From: Minisyncoccota bacterium | GTDB taxonomy: Bacteria > Patescibacteriota > Minisyncoccia > Phycocordibacterales > UBA9973 | DNA: 64,000 nucleotides | Reading direction: 5' to 3' | Assembly: GCA_041675085.1 (NCBI GenBank) | Contig: JBAYUN010000002.1 | Location: 79,967 to 143,966, forward strand | Part shown: piece after piece, positions 55,443-64,000 of the stretch | How the letters are laid out: the number at the start of each line of letters is the position of its first letter | Numbering within the stretch: position 1 is the first letter of the stretch | Position numbers and translations under genes: made by a program | The notes under the pieces: generated by a model | The model's database searches: none | What the model was told of the DNA's origin: nothing | Seen by the model: the letters and a program-made list of their open reading frames with translations, nothing else

Positions 55443-57854
55443 CTATTTTACCTCCCCGAAATTTTGCCCAAATCCAGAATTGGCTATCAGAGGCACATCA
55501 GTTTTGTATTTTAAATATGACCTAGACAATACAGTCTCCATAGCGTTTTTAATGATTTTCTCAGCTTGTGGTATAACTTCATCCTTGATTTCATAAACTA
55601 ATTCATCATGAATCTGTAAAACTAAAAATACTTTATCTTTAAGTCCGGCTTCTTTTAAATCCAAATCTGCAAAAAGTATTGCGAGTTTGATAATATCAGC
55701 GGTAGCTGTGCCTTGGATAGGTGCATTGATAGCAGTACGTTCAGCCATACTTTTTAAAAATGGAAGCCTTGAGTTAATATTAGGGAAATATCGGCGTCTG
55801 CCAAAAAGAGTTTCTGTATAAGATGTCTCACGCGCAAAGACCTTTACTGACTCGAGATAAGACTCTATACCGGAGAATTGTTTGAAATAATTATCATAAA
55901 ATTTCTGAGCTTCTTCTCTCGTTCCACCGAGGTTTTTACGCAAAGCAGATACTCCCATTCCATAGATAATACCAAAGTTTATAACTTTAGCCTGACGTCG
56001 CATCTCAGCATCGACTTTGTCTACATCTACACCGAAAACAAAACTCGCCACTCCCGCATGAATGTCTTTACCATCTCTAAAAATCTCATTCATTCTCTTG
56101 TCCCCTGAGAGCATAGCGGCGACGCGTAACTCTATCTGACTGTAGTCAAAAGCTCCGAGCTTGTATCCCTTTGGAGCCACGAAGGCTTTACGTATTCTTT
56201 TACCCAATTCGCTTTTAATGGGCAAGTTCTGCAAATTTGGATCGACAGAAGAGAATCTACCTGTAGTCGTAGCATTCTGCAAAAATCTAGAATGCAATCT
56301 GTCGTCAGCCCCTACCATTTTAGGAATCACATCAATATAAGTAGAAAGCAATTTCTGTAATTCACGATAACTAATAATCTCTGTAATTATCGGATTATCT
56401 TCTTCTAATTCTTCTAAGATAGATATCTTTGTAGAGAGGTTACCGTTTGCTCCCCTCTTTTTACCACTCTTAATACCCATTTTCTCAAACAAAACTTCCC
56501 CCAATTGTTTTGGGGAATTTATATTAAACTCAGTGCCAGCCATTTTATAAATCTTCTTTGTAAGCAAGTCTAATTCTTTATGATATTCTTTTGATAATTC
56601 TGCAAAATATTTCTGATCGATTAGAATACCATGATCTTCCATTTCTTTGACTATAGGCACGATAGGCATTTCTATCTCTTGGTAAACTTTCTTTAATTTT
56701 TCATCACTGTTTAATTTATTTAAAATATATTCTTTTGCATCTTTAAAATTACTAGTCTTCGCATAGAGCAAAATATCTTCGAGTTTAGGCACACTAATAT
56801 CCGAATTCAAAACCCATAAAGCGATAGAGATTTTATTCAACTCATCAGGATCTACGTCTTCTGTTTTAGTTTCTTCTACTTTAGTCTCACCAAATTCTTC
56901 ATCTAGAGATTTAGGATTATTATCATGGATACCAGTACCATTATTAAAAAAACTCTTGAGCCTCGATAATAATGAACGAAATTCAAAAGTTACGAATACT
57001 TCTTCAACTTTTTTCAAATCAGAATTATCCCAAAATGTTTTCTCGGGTAATTTAAAATCAATAGGCGCGTCACGTCTTATAGTCGCTAAAGTCTTAGAAA
57101 ATAAAGCTTCTTCTTGATTATTCTTTAAAAGTTCCAAAATACGAGGAGTGATACCGAGAGGTTTAAATACTGTATCATCACGCTTAATTTGTTTATAAAT
57201 ATTTTCAATAGTTTTAAATTCTACTATGAGAGTAGTCGCAGTTTTCTCTCCTATACCTTTGATACCTATGATATTGTCGGACGGGTCGCCACGGAGTCCT
57301 TTGTAGTCGGGTAAATATTCCGGTTTAAAATTAAATCTCTCTAAGACTTTTTCTTCATCGTACAAAATAGTATCAGTAATACCTTTCTTTAAAGTAAAAA
57401 CTTGGACTTTTTTACCATCCACTAATTGCATAGTATCCATATCCCCTGAGGCTATGATTATCTCTATACTCTTATCTTTTTTAAATTGCTCTACTATTGT
57501 GCCCAAGATATCGTCAGCTTCAAAACCAGGTGCATCATAAATAGGGATATTAAAAGCTTCAAATATTTTTCTAGAACTTATAAGTTGAGAAATTAGAGCA
57601 GGATCAGCTTTAGCGCGACCAGCTTTATAAGCATCATAGGCATCATGTCTAAAAGTTTTCTGAGGCAAATCGTAACAGGCAATTATATAATCAGGTTTTA
57701 GATCTGAAATAATCTTCATCAACATATTAGAAAGACCATACAAGGCTCCGGTAGGTTCCCCACCGGAAGACATAAAGTCTGGAAGTGCATGATAAGCTCT
57801 ATGAATAATAGCGTGAGAATCTAGCAATACTATACGCTTTGGTTTTTCTTTCAT
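55443..57854 (-). CDS. polA: DNA polymerase I
   Basis: 803 aa. N-terminal 5'-3' exonuclease (VLLDSHAIIHRAYHAL) and a C-terminal family A polymerase with motif C QIHDELVYE. Confidence 0.85.
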   Translation of the reverse strand: MKEKPKRIVLLDSHAIIHRAYHALPDFMSSGGEPTGALYGLSNMLMKIISDLKPDYIIACYDLPQKTFRHDAYDAYKAGRAKADPALISQLISSRKIFEAFNIPIYDAPGFEADDILGTIVEQFKKDKSIEIIIASGDMDTMQLVDGKKVQVFTLKKGITDTILYDEEKVLERFNFKPEYLPDYKGLRGDPSDNIIGIKGIGEKTATTLIVEFKTIENIYKQIKRDDTVFKPLGITPRILELLKNNQEEALFSKTLATIRRDAPIDFKLPEKTFWDNSDLKKVEEVFVTFEFRSLLSRLKSFFNNGTGIHDNNPKSLDEEFGETKVEETKTEDVDPDELNKISIALWVLNSDISVPKLEDILLYAKTSNFKDAKEYILNKLNSDEKLKKVYQEIEMPIVPIVKEMEDHGILIDQKYFAELSKEYHKELDLLTKKIYKMAGTEFNINSPKQLGEVLFEKMGIKSGKKRGANGNLSTKISILEELEEDNPIITEIISYRELQKLLSTYIDVIPKMVGADDRLHSRFLQNATTTGRFSSVDPNLQNLPIKSELGKRIRKAFVAPKGYKLGAFDYSQIELRVAAMLSGDKRMNEIFRDGKDIHAGVASFVFGVDVDKVDAEMRRQAKVINFGIIYGMGVSALRKNLGGTREEAQKFYDNYFKQFSGIESYLESVKVFARETSYTETLFGRRRYFPNINSRLPFLKSMAERTAINAPIQGTATADIIKLAILFADLDLKEAGLKDKVFLVLQIHDELVYEIKDEVIPQAEKIIKNAMETVLSRSYLKYKTDVPLIANSGFGQNFGEVK

Positions 57855-57862
57855 ATTTATGA

Positions 57863-58345
57863 TTATAGCATTTTAAACTCAAATTTTCTTTGATTGTTTT
57901 TTGTATGACTTATGTAGATTTTGTAGAATTTTGTATTGATATTTTGCTCTATGATTTCTGGCCATTCTACTAAAATTAAATTTCTAGGATTAGAGACAAT
58001 TTCACTCCAGCCTAATATCTCTAATTCTTTTTTAATATCCTTCCCTTCCAGTCGATAAGCATCAATATGATAAATATTCTTCCATCCAGGGGTCCGACCC
58101 CCGGAAAGCTTTATAGCGTAACGTTTCATTAAGACAAAAGTTGGACTATTTATCTTTTGTTTTATTCCTAATATACGCGAGAAATATTGAACAAAAGTAG
58201 TCTTACCAGCGCCAAGATCTCCAAAAAGTCCTACTATCGTAGCGTCTTGTGTATCTTTATTTTTTGAATTTTGTTTTAAAATTTTATCTAGAAAATCTCT
58301 CGCAACATCTTCAAAATCCTCTATACTCTTGGTAACTTTTTGCAT
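57863..58345 (-). CDS. tsaE: tRNA threonylcarbamoyladenosine biosynthesis protein TsaE (YjeE)
   Basis: Walker A GDLGAGKTTFVQ followed by INSPTFVLMKRY. Confidence 0.75.
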   Translation of the reverse strand: MQKVTKSIEDFEDVARDFLDKILKQNSKNKDTQDATIVGLFGDLGAGKTTFVQYFSRILGIKQKINSPTFVLMKRYAIKLSGGRTPGWKNIYHIDAYRLEGKDIKKELEILGWSEIVSNPRNLILVEWPEIIEQNINTKFYKIYISHTKNNQRKFEFKML

Positions 58346-58443
58346 ATTAAAATACTAGCACGACTTTTAAAATATCAAAATAAAAAAGCCTTAATCATAT
58401 AAATGACTAAGGCTTTTAAGATAATTAATTTTTTAAAGAACAT

Positions 58444-59169
58444 TTAAAAAGGCCCAAACCACTCTCCGGACCCTTGGTCTCGGCATAGGTTCATGGGACG
58501 CTGTTCCCACCTTCTTTGTCTGCTGGAAACTGGAGTCTCTCCTGCTGGAAGAGTAAAGTAACCAATATGGGTTTCTCCCTGATCTATGTAATTATTATCA
58601 GTACCATAATGACGGTTACCATAGTTATGTTTAGAACTTTTCCTTGCATAAACTCTCCAACAAGTGCAAGCTTGCTCTTGCTGAACAACTTGTTGCACTG
58701 GAGCTGGTGATGGTTGCACATAAATTGTTTCCTGTACTATTTTTACATTTTCTTTTACTGGGACTTCTTCTGTTTTTGGTTGTGGTTTGATTACAACCCA
58801 GTCGAGATTCATACAGTCTTTTTTTAAGTATAAATTTACGGTTACTCCTTTCGGGTGACCAAAAATTTCACCATCTGTGCTACCCAAATAAACTACACTG
58901 AAAGTTCCTGTACCTAAACGAACAATTTCACCTTTTGGCGTTACGCCAGAATTCATGACAAATTTATTTTCAAACTTGCCAGAATCGTAAATTTTTTTCG
59001 CTTCTCTTGCTGTTTCCTCTGGCGAGGAAAAACCCATGCTTTGCCCCCATACTCGATAAAGGGCAATCTTAGCCCCTTCAGTTAGGGTGCCATTTTTTGC
59101 CCAAGCTTGAGCGTTAAGAAAATTAAAAGAAAAAAAGAAAATTACTGTAAAAGAAATTATGTTTCTCAT
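58444..59169 (-). CDS. Secreted hypothetical protein
   Basis: 241 aa with a signal peptide (FFSFNFLNAQA). The 5' half of the gene is visibly more GC-rich than its surroundings. Confidence 0.5.
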   Translation of the reverse strand: MRNIISFTVIFFFSFNFLNAQAWAKNGTLTEGAKIALYRVWGQSMGFSSPEETAREAKKIYDSGKFENKFVMNSGVTPKGEIVRLGTGTFSVVYLGSTDGEIFGHPKGVTVNLYLKKDCMNLDWVVIKPQPKTEEVPVKENVKIVQETIYVQPSPAPVQQVVQQEQACTCWRVYARKSSKHNYGNRHYGTDNNYIDQGETHIGYFTLPAGETPVSSRQRRWEQRPMNLCRDQGSGEWFGPF

Positions 59170-59187
59170 TATTTAATATTTTTATAT

Positions 59188-59240
59188 GTTATGAAAAGCT
59201 TTGGAAATGAAGTATTTTCCCAGCCAAAGCTTTTCATAAC
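59188..59240. promoter_or_regulatory. 17-bp perfect inverted repeat in the divergent intergenic region
   Basis: gttatgaaaagctttgg - 19 nt - ccaaagcttttcataac. Confidence 0.5.
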
Positions 59241-59339
59241 AAACTTTTGTCAAATAACCCCTTACTCTCATAGTATAGCATACTTTGATACAAAAGTCAA
59301 GGTTAGAAAACTTGAAAATACTGTATAATTAAAGGATAA

Positions 59340-61037
59340 ATGCTAGATTTTGATGAAGAAAAACAAAATAAACAACTCATAGACCTCAAAAGAAAAGAGG
59401 AAGAAGATTTAGTATCAATGCTCGCTGAGACTAAATACGGCTTACCTTATGTCGATCTGTATCGTGTCGGGATAGACAACGAAGCTTTACGTTCTATCTC
59501 AGAGACAGACGCTCGAAAACTAAACATAGCCCCATTTAAATTGGTAGGTAAAAATATATACATTGCACTTCGCTCCCCTAGCGATGAATTAAAAAGTTCT
59601 CTGATCGAAGACATGGAAAGAAAAGCATTAACTCCAACTTTTTATATGACCTCTATGGCTAGTATTGAAAAAGTCTGGGAGAGATATAAAGAAATCTCCA
59701 TGGCTGAAGATTCAAAAATAGGAGGACTAGATATTTCTTCTGAGATTCTAAGAGAAACAGCTAAAGAAATAACTAAAATGCAAGACATTAAAGTAGTTAT
59801 TACTAAAGAGATGGAAAGTGGAAAGAGTCATAAGATTACTAGATTACTAGAAATAATACTTGCTGGAGCTATAGCTATTAATGCTTCTGATATTCACATA
59901 GAACCTGAAGAAAATGGAAGTAGATTAAGACTAAGACTAGACGGAGTATTGCAAGACATAGATTATTTTAGTAAAGATATTTATCGATTGTTGAATTCTA
60001 GAATCAAACTTTTATCTGGAATGAAACTAACATCTCACAATGCTCAAGACGGTAGATTTTCTATCACTGAAGATGATGATGAAATAAGTATTCGTACCTC
60101 TTTAATACCTGGTTCATACGGAGAAGCTATCGTTATGAGAATACTTGACCCTAAATCTATTCAAATAGACATAGAAGATATGGGAATGGAATCTGATCTT
60201 TACAATATCATCTTAGAAGAAATAGCAAAGCCAAACGGATTGATTTTAGTCACAGGACCTACAGGTTCAGGAAAAACCACGACCCTTTATGGTTTCTTAA
60301 GAAAAATATATTCTAGCGAAATTAATATCATCACAATCGAAGATCCAGTAGAATACAGATTGAAAGGAATAACCCAAACTCAAATAAGTGAAGAAAAACA
60401 ATACGGATTCTTGGAAGGGTTACGCGCAGCACTCCGCCAAGACCCAGACGTAATCATGGTAGGAGAAATACGTGACGCTGAAACAGCTAAAACTGCAGTT
60501 CAATCTGCTTTAACTGGTCACTTGGTTTTCTCCACATTGCACACCAATAATGCAGCTGGCGTTATCCCCCGTTTATCAGACCTCGAAGTAAATCCAAAAA
60601 TTATGGTTTCGGCTTTATCTCTCTCTATCGCTCAACGTTTAGTTAGAAAACTTTGTGTTTTTTGTAAAAAAGAAGTAGCTCCAACAGAAAAAGAAAGAAC
60701 TACAATAAAAGCTATCATAGACGGTATGCTAGAAGAAGGTAAAGATTTAGCCAAGCACAATATAGATAAAGATAAAGAAATCAAACTCTATGTACCGACA
60801 GGTTGTACTGAATGCAATATGACTGGATATAAAGGCCGACTTGGAATATTTGAAGCTATTAAGACTGACGAAAATATTGAGAAAATAATGCCTCAAAACC
60901 CATCAGAAAGAGAGATAAAGAAGATAGCCCGAATGCAAGGAATATTATCAATGAGACAAGACGGGGTCGCCAAAATACTAAATGGAGTCACTTCTTTTGA
61001 AGAAGTCTTAAGTGTGGTAGATTTAAATGAAGAATAA
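59340..61037 (+). CDS. Second PilB/GspE-family secretion ATPase
   Basis: 565 aa. Walker A ILVTGPTGSGKTTTLYGFL, His-box TGHLVFSTLHTN, a GspE N-terminal domain and a C-terminal tetracysteine motif. Confidence 0.8.
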   Translation: MLDFDEEKQNKQLIDLKRKEEEDLVSMLAETKYGLPYVDLYRVGIDNEALRSISETDARKLNIAPFKLVGKNIYIALRSPSDELKSSLIEDMERKALTPTFYMTSMASIEKVWERYKEISMAEDSKIGGLDISSEILRETAKEITKMQDIKVVITKEMESGKSHKITRLLEIILAGAIAINASDIHIEPEENGSRLRLRLDGVLQDIDYFSKDIYRLLNSRIKLLSGMKLTSHNAQDGRFSITEDDDEISIRTSLIPGSYGEAIVMRILDPKSIQIDIEDMGMESDLYNIILEEIAKPNGLILVTGPTGSGKTTTLYGFLRKIYSSEINIITIEDPVEYRLKGITQTQISEEKQYGFLEGLRAALRQDPDVIMVGEIRDAETAKTAVQSALTGHLVFSTLHTNNAAGVIPRLSDLEVNPKIMVSALSLSIAQRLVRKLCVFCKKEVAPTEKERTTIKAIIDGMLEEGKDLAKHNIDKDKEIKLYVPTGCTECNMTGYKGRLGIFEAIKTDENIEKIMPQNPSEREIKKIARMQGILSMRQDGVAKILNGVTSFEEVLSVVDLNEE

Positions 61038-61046
61038 AATAACAAT

Positions 61047-61733
61047 ATGAAAACCAAAACAAACAAAATAAAAACACAGAAAGAAATAGAGAATTTTTTC
61101 AGAGTAGCCCTATTTGGTAGCTCTAAGATTAAAAAAAACGATCCTATATATAAAGAAATAAAAGAACTAGGTAAAGCTCTAGCTAGAGAACAGATAGATA
61201 TAGTAACTGGCGGTGGAGCGGGGCTTATGCAAGCTGCAAGTGAAGGTCACGTTAAAGGACGGACTGGAAAAGAAAAGAATTTTCCTTCGATGAATATTCG
61301 TTCTATTGGTGTTGGAGTCAAGCTACCTTGGAATCAAGGATTTAACAACGCAATAGAATACAAAAAAGAATTTGGAACTTTCTCAGAAAGACTAGATGAA
61401 TTTATGCTTTTATCAAATGCAGTCATCGTCGCTCCAGGAGGTATCGGTACCCTACTCGAACTTTTCTATACTTGGCAACTTGTACAAGTTCATCATATTT
61501 GTAATATTCCGATAATTCTTTATGGAGAACAATGGGGAGGTTTATTGGAATGGATAAAAGAGAGTCCACTTCAAACAAAGTATCTAACAGATAGAGATTA
61601 TCAACTTGTGTTCCATGTTAAAAATCAAGAAGAAGTAATCGAGATGATTAGAGATTTGCACAAGCACTGGAGTACGGGCGGAAAAAATTTCTGTCTCAAC
61701 TACAATAAATACAAAGTATACTTAAAAAAATAA
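61047..61733 (+). CDS. LOG-family protein (cytokinin riboside 5'-monophosphate phosphoribohydrolase-like; TIGR00730)
   Basis: GGGAGLMQA and VIVAPGGIGTLLELF motifs. Confidence 0.75.
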   Translation: MKTKTNKIKTQKEIENFFRVALFGSSKIKKNDPIYKEIKELGKALAREQIDIVTGGGAGLMQAASEGHVKGRTGKEKNFPSMNIRSIGVGVKLPWNQGFNNAIEYKKEFGTFSERLDEFMLLSNAVIVAPGGIGTLLELFYTWQLVQVHHICNIPIILYGEQWGGLLEWIKESPLQTKYLTDRDYQLVFHVKNQEEVIEMIRDLHKHWSTGGKNFCLNYNKYKVYLKK

Positions 61734-61824
61734 CTTGTATTTTATTTTTAAAACAAATCTTTTTAGAGCATTCCCCTTCTGACCTAACGCCAAAAGATTT
61801 GTTTTTAAAAAATTAAAAACAAAA

Positions 61825-61854
61825 AACTCCTTAAAATTAATTAAGGAGTTTTTT
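61825..61854 (+). terminator. Rho-independent terminator
   Basis: aactccttaa-aattaa-ttaaggagtt followed by T-run. Confidence 0.6.
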
Positions 61855-62183
61855 AATAAAAAAAGCAATAATCTCTAAACAATCCTTTATAAGCTTGACC
61901 CATAAAGTAACAAATCATTGAAGGATAGCCCCAGAGATATAAAATATACCAGGACGTCCTACGCAAACATGTAGAACCGAAGGCTGATTGCTTAGAGATT
62001 ACTGCTCTCTTACTTTTCATTATACTATCCACAAAATATTCGTAAATGAATTTATGTGGAAAGGTCTGTTAATAAACTCTTTATAACTTTCTAGAGTATA
62101 GCATATTATAAAAAAATGTCAAGCCTTTTCATATGAGAGATTATATGCAAGACCTATGAGCTATAATATGTTAAAATTGTAGC

Positions 62184-63182
62184 ATGTCAGAGAAAAACGA
62201 AAAAAACACAGATTCTTTTTTAGACCAGACTCTACGTCCCAACAACTGGGATGAGTATATCGGCCAAAAACATATAAAAGACAACGTTAAAATCCTATTA
62301 CGGGCTGCTGAAGAGCGCAATCAAATACCTGAACATATCCTTTTTTACGGACCTCCAGGACTCGGAAAAACAACTATTGCTCACCTTATCGCTCGTGAAA
62401 CAGGTAGACAAATGAAAATAACTTCAGGTCCCGCGATAGAGAAAGTCGGCGACTTGGCTTCTATTCTTACGAACCTGTCATCTGGGGATATCTTGTTCAT
62501 CGACGAGATTCACAGACTAAATAAAATGATCGAAGAAGTCCTCTATCCGGCTATGGAGTCGGGAGTTTTAGATATTATTATCGGTAAAGGCCCCTCGGCT
62601 CGCACTATCCAACTCGACTTACCACCCTTTACCCTCATCGCCGCTACAACTCGCGTCGCCCTTATATCTTCTCCCCTACGCTCTCGCTTCTCAGGAGGAG
62701 TCTTTCGTCTAGAATTTTATACCAATGAAGAAATTCAAAAGATAGTAGATCGTTCTAGTAAATTACTTGATACAAATTTAAATACAGAAGCCTTAGAAGA
62801 AATAGCAAAGAGAAGTAGATTCACTCCACGTATCGCAAACTACTTTTTAAAAAGAGTTCGTGACTACGCTCAAGTAAATAAAAGAGAAAAAGAAATAGAT
62901 AAACAAACAGCCAAAGATTCTCTCGCTATGCTTGCGATAGACGAACTAGGACTCAACTCTTCTGATAGAAAATTCTTGGAAATACTAATAGAAAAATTCA
63001 ACGGCGGTCCAGTCGGCATAAAAACTATAGCGGCGGCTATGAGCGAAGAAGAAGCTACTGTCGAAGAAGTCATAGAACCGTATTTAATCCAGCTCGGTCT
63101 CCTAGAACGCACAGCCAGAGGACGTACAGCTACCAATAAAGCATATGAGCATTTAGGTTTTGATATACCTGAAGTTAAATAA
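62184..63182 (+). CDS. ruvB: Holliday junction ATP-dependent DNA helicase RuvB
   Basis: Walker A LFYGPPGLGKTTIAHLIA, Walker B ILFIDEIHRL, and a C-terminal winged-helix domain. Confidence 0.9.
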   Translation: MSEKNEKNTDSFLDQTLRPNNWDEYIGQKHIKDNVKILLRAAEERNQIPEHILFYGPPGLGKTTIAHLIARETGRQMKITSGPAIEKVGDLASILTNLSSGDILFIDEIHRLNKMIEEVLYPAMESGVLDIIIGKGPSARTIQLDLPPFTLIAATTRVALISSPLRSRFSGGVFRLEFYTNEEIQKIVDRSSKLLDTNLNTEALEEIAKRSRFTPRIANYFLKRVRDYAQVNKREKEIDKQTAKDSLAMLAIDELGLNSSDRKFLEILIEKFNGGPVGIKTIAAAMSEEEATVEEVIEPYLIQLGLLERTARGRTATNKAYEHLGFDIPEVK

Positions 63183-63443
63183 AGCTACAAAGTTGATAGA
63201 AGAAAAATAATACAAGAGAATTGCCAGAGGAGAGAGATTCTAGAGGAGAAAATTTCCATAAGAAATTTTCTCCTCTAAGCAAGACCCAAATTATATTTTT
63301 CTTCGATCAACTATATAGCCTAAATATATGTTTCCCTATCAACTCACCATTTTAGAAATGATGAATTGAATAAGAAAAGAAAGGTTTGATATCATCACCC
63401 CTTTCTTTTTATTTTTAATTTTAAAGAAAACCAATCTTTAAAA

Positions 63444-63674
63444 TTATCCGTGAACCGTTATGTTTCCCTTGTACACAGACACAAGGAAAATTGGTTTCCC
63501 TATTCCTTGCTCTATTTTTTTAAAAATAAAACAAGATTCAAACTGATAGAAACCATACCAGTTTTTGTAAGTTGGCAGTTCACCGATACATCCACTAACC
63601 CGAACCACCGTAGGGTCAATCTTAAACTCCTTGGCAACAATATCGCGAAGGACTTTTGCTGAGAAATTACTCAT
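63444..63674 (-). CDS. Hypothetical small protein, translationally coupled to the upstream ORF
   Basis: Start MSNFSAKVL. Its ATG overlaps the TGA of the upstream ORF (tgATGa arrangement). The longer in-frame extension to 63758 is disfavoured. Confidence 0.35.
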   Translation of the reverse strand: MSNFSAKVLRDIVAKEFKIDPTVVRVSGCIGELPTYKNWYGFYQFESCFIFKKIEQGIGKPIFLVSVYKGNITVHG

Positions 63675-64000
63675 CAATAACGACTCATTATTGCCTGAGC
63701 AAATTCTTGAGTCGGGTAAAAAACCAAATTCATAATCTCTTCTGGGACTGTGTCCCATTTGTTATACTGGCTCTCGTATTCTTTAATTAAAGAATACAAA
63801 AATGGTGCTCTTCTTTCTAGGAACGATTTTGTTCCTGAAAGGCAGTACCCCATACTGTCCACCGTCTTGAACGAAATACCGTCCTTGACGATAATTTCTT
63901 CTGTAGACAAGTCTCTATATTGCCACTTTTCATAAGCTTCTTTAATGGAAGCTCCTTCAAAGTGGTAACGGAAATCATTTCCTTCTTCCCAAAGAAAGAA
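63674..64000 (-). CDS. Hypothetical protein, C-terminal part; the gene continues beyond the window end
   Basis: The open frame runs to the window edge and ends ...FAQAIMSRY*. Confidence 0.35.
   Translation of the reverse strand, partial: FFLWEEGNDFRYHFEGASIKEAYEKWQYRDLSTEEIIVKDGISFKTVDSMGYCLSGTKSFLERRAPFLYSLIKEYESQYNKWDTVPEEIMNLVFYPTQEFAQAIMSRY

Noticed and set aside
58085-58105. Possible fourth copy of the palindromic element inside tsaE (ccaggggtccgacccccgg).
   Set aside because: Only a 4-bp-arm mini-palindrome (ggtc-c-gacc) is present. It lacks the 13-bp arms of the uvrB and uvrC elements, and the TsaE alignment does not show an obvious insertion.
59107-59328. 73-aa plus-strand ORF across the 59.2 kb intergenic region.
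   Set aside because: It spans the 17-bp inverted repeat and a promoter region and has a hydrophobic low-complexity translation. It is most likely non-coding.
63444-63910. Possible frameshifted pseudogene formed by two overlapping minus-strand ORFs (63444..63758 and 63674..63910).
   Set aside because: An internal ATG of the downstream ORF (MSNFSAKV...) overlaps the upstream stop as tgATGa. This is a classic translational-coupling arrangement, so two separate small genes is the simpler reading.
1-64000. Searched for CRISPR arrays, rRNA genes, integrase, transposase and reverse-transcriptase (DGR or retron) genes.
   Set aside because: No direct-repeat or spacer periodicity, no rRNA-like conserved stretches, and no recombinase or RT motifs were found in any ORF of the track. 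The islet and cassette regions therefore lack an identifiable mobility enzyme in this window.

Overview
The window reads as a very AT-rich (about 30% GC), gene-dense bacterial chromosome segment with short intergenic regions, overlapping gene ends and many small hypothetical proteins. That pattern is typical of reduced-genome Patescibacteria/CPR-like organisms, but the taxonomic placement is an inference.

Recognisable core genes are pgk-tpiA, rplS, rpsT, recJ (5' part), ruvX, ruvA, ruvB, mutM, uvrA, uvrB, uvrC, polA, tsaE, a holA-like gene, two pseudouridine synthases and a SpoU methylase. There are six tRNAs: Leu-GAG, Arg-TCT, Val-TAC, Ser-TGA, Arg-GCG and Lys-TTT.

Accessory and notable content:
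- A compact type IV pilus operon (pilB-pilC, three prepilin-like genes and a 586-aa surface protein), a separate pilM-pilN-pilO cluster, and a second PilB-like ATPase.
- A csoR-controlled copper-resistance operon (copA, two DUF305 proteins, a DUF3105 protein, an HMA-membrane fusion) with a CsoR-type G/C-tract operator upstream of csoR.
- A class I ribonucleotide reductase in which the ATP-cone sits on NrdB and NrdA has none, located next to a Fur-family regulator.
- A cysteine-synthase-rhodanese fusion overlapping a CooC/MinD-like ATPase gene.
- A free-standing double-motif LAGLIDADG endonuclease gene abutting tRNA-Leu.
- A putative accessory islet next to tRNA-Ser, which includes a MerR/TipAS regulator with a textbook 19-bp-spacer dyad promoter.

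The most unusual observations are:
(i) a tandem array of three unrelated small ORFs downstream of nrdA; two are preceded by a conserved roughly 150-bp module that ends in a re-duplicated copy of the nrdA 3' end, and all three are followed by a bidirectional terminator;
(ii) a family of about 36-bp perfect palindromic elements inserted in-frame into uvrB (twice) and uvrC (once);
(iii) degenerate tandem copies of tRNA 5' halves immediately upstream of tRNA-Ser and tRNA-Lys.

No rRNA genes, CRISPR arrays, integrase genes or transposase genes were recognised.
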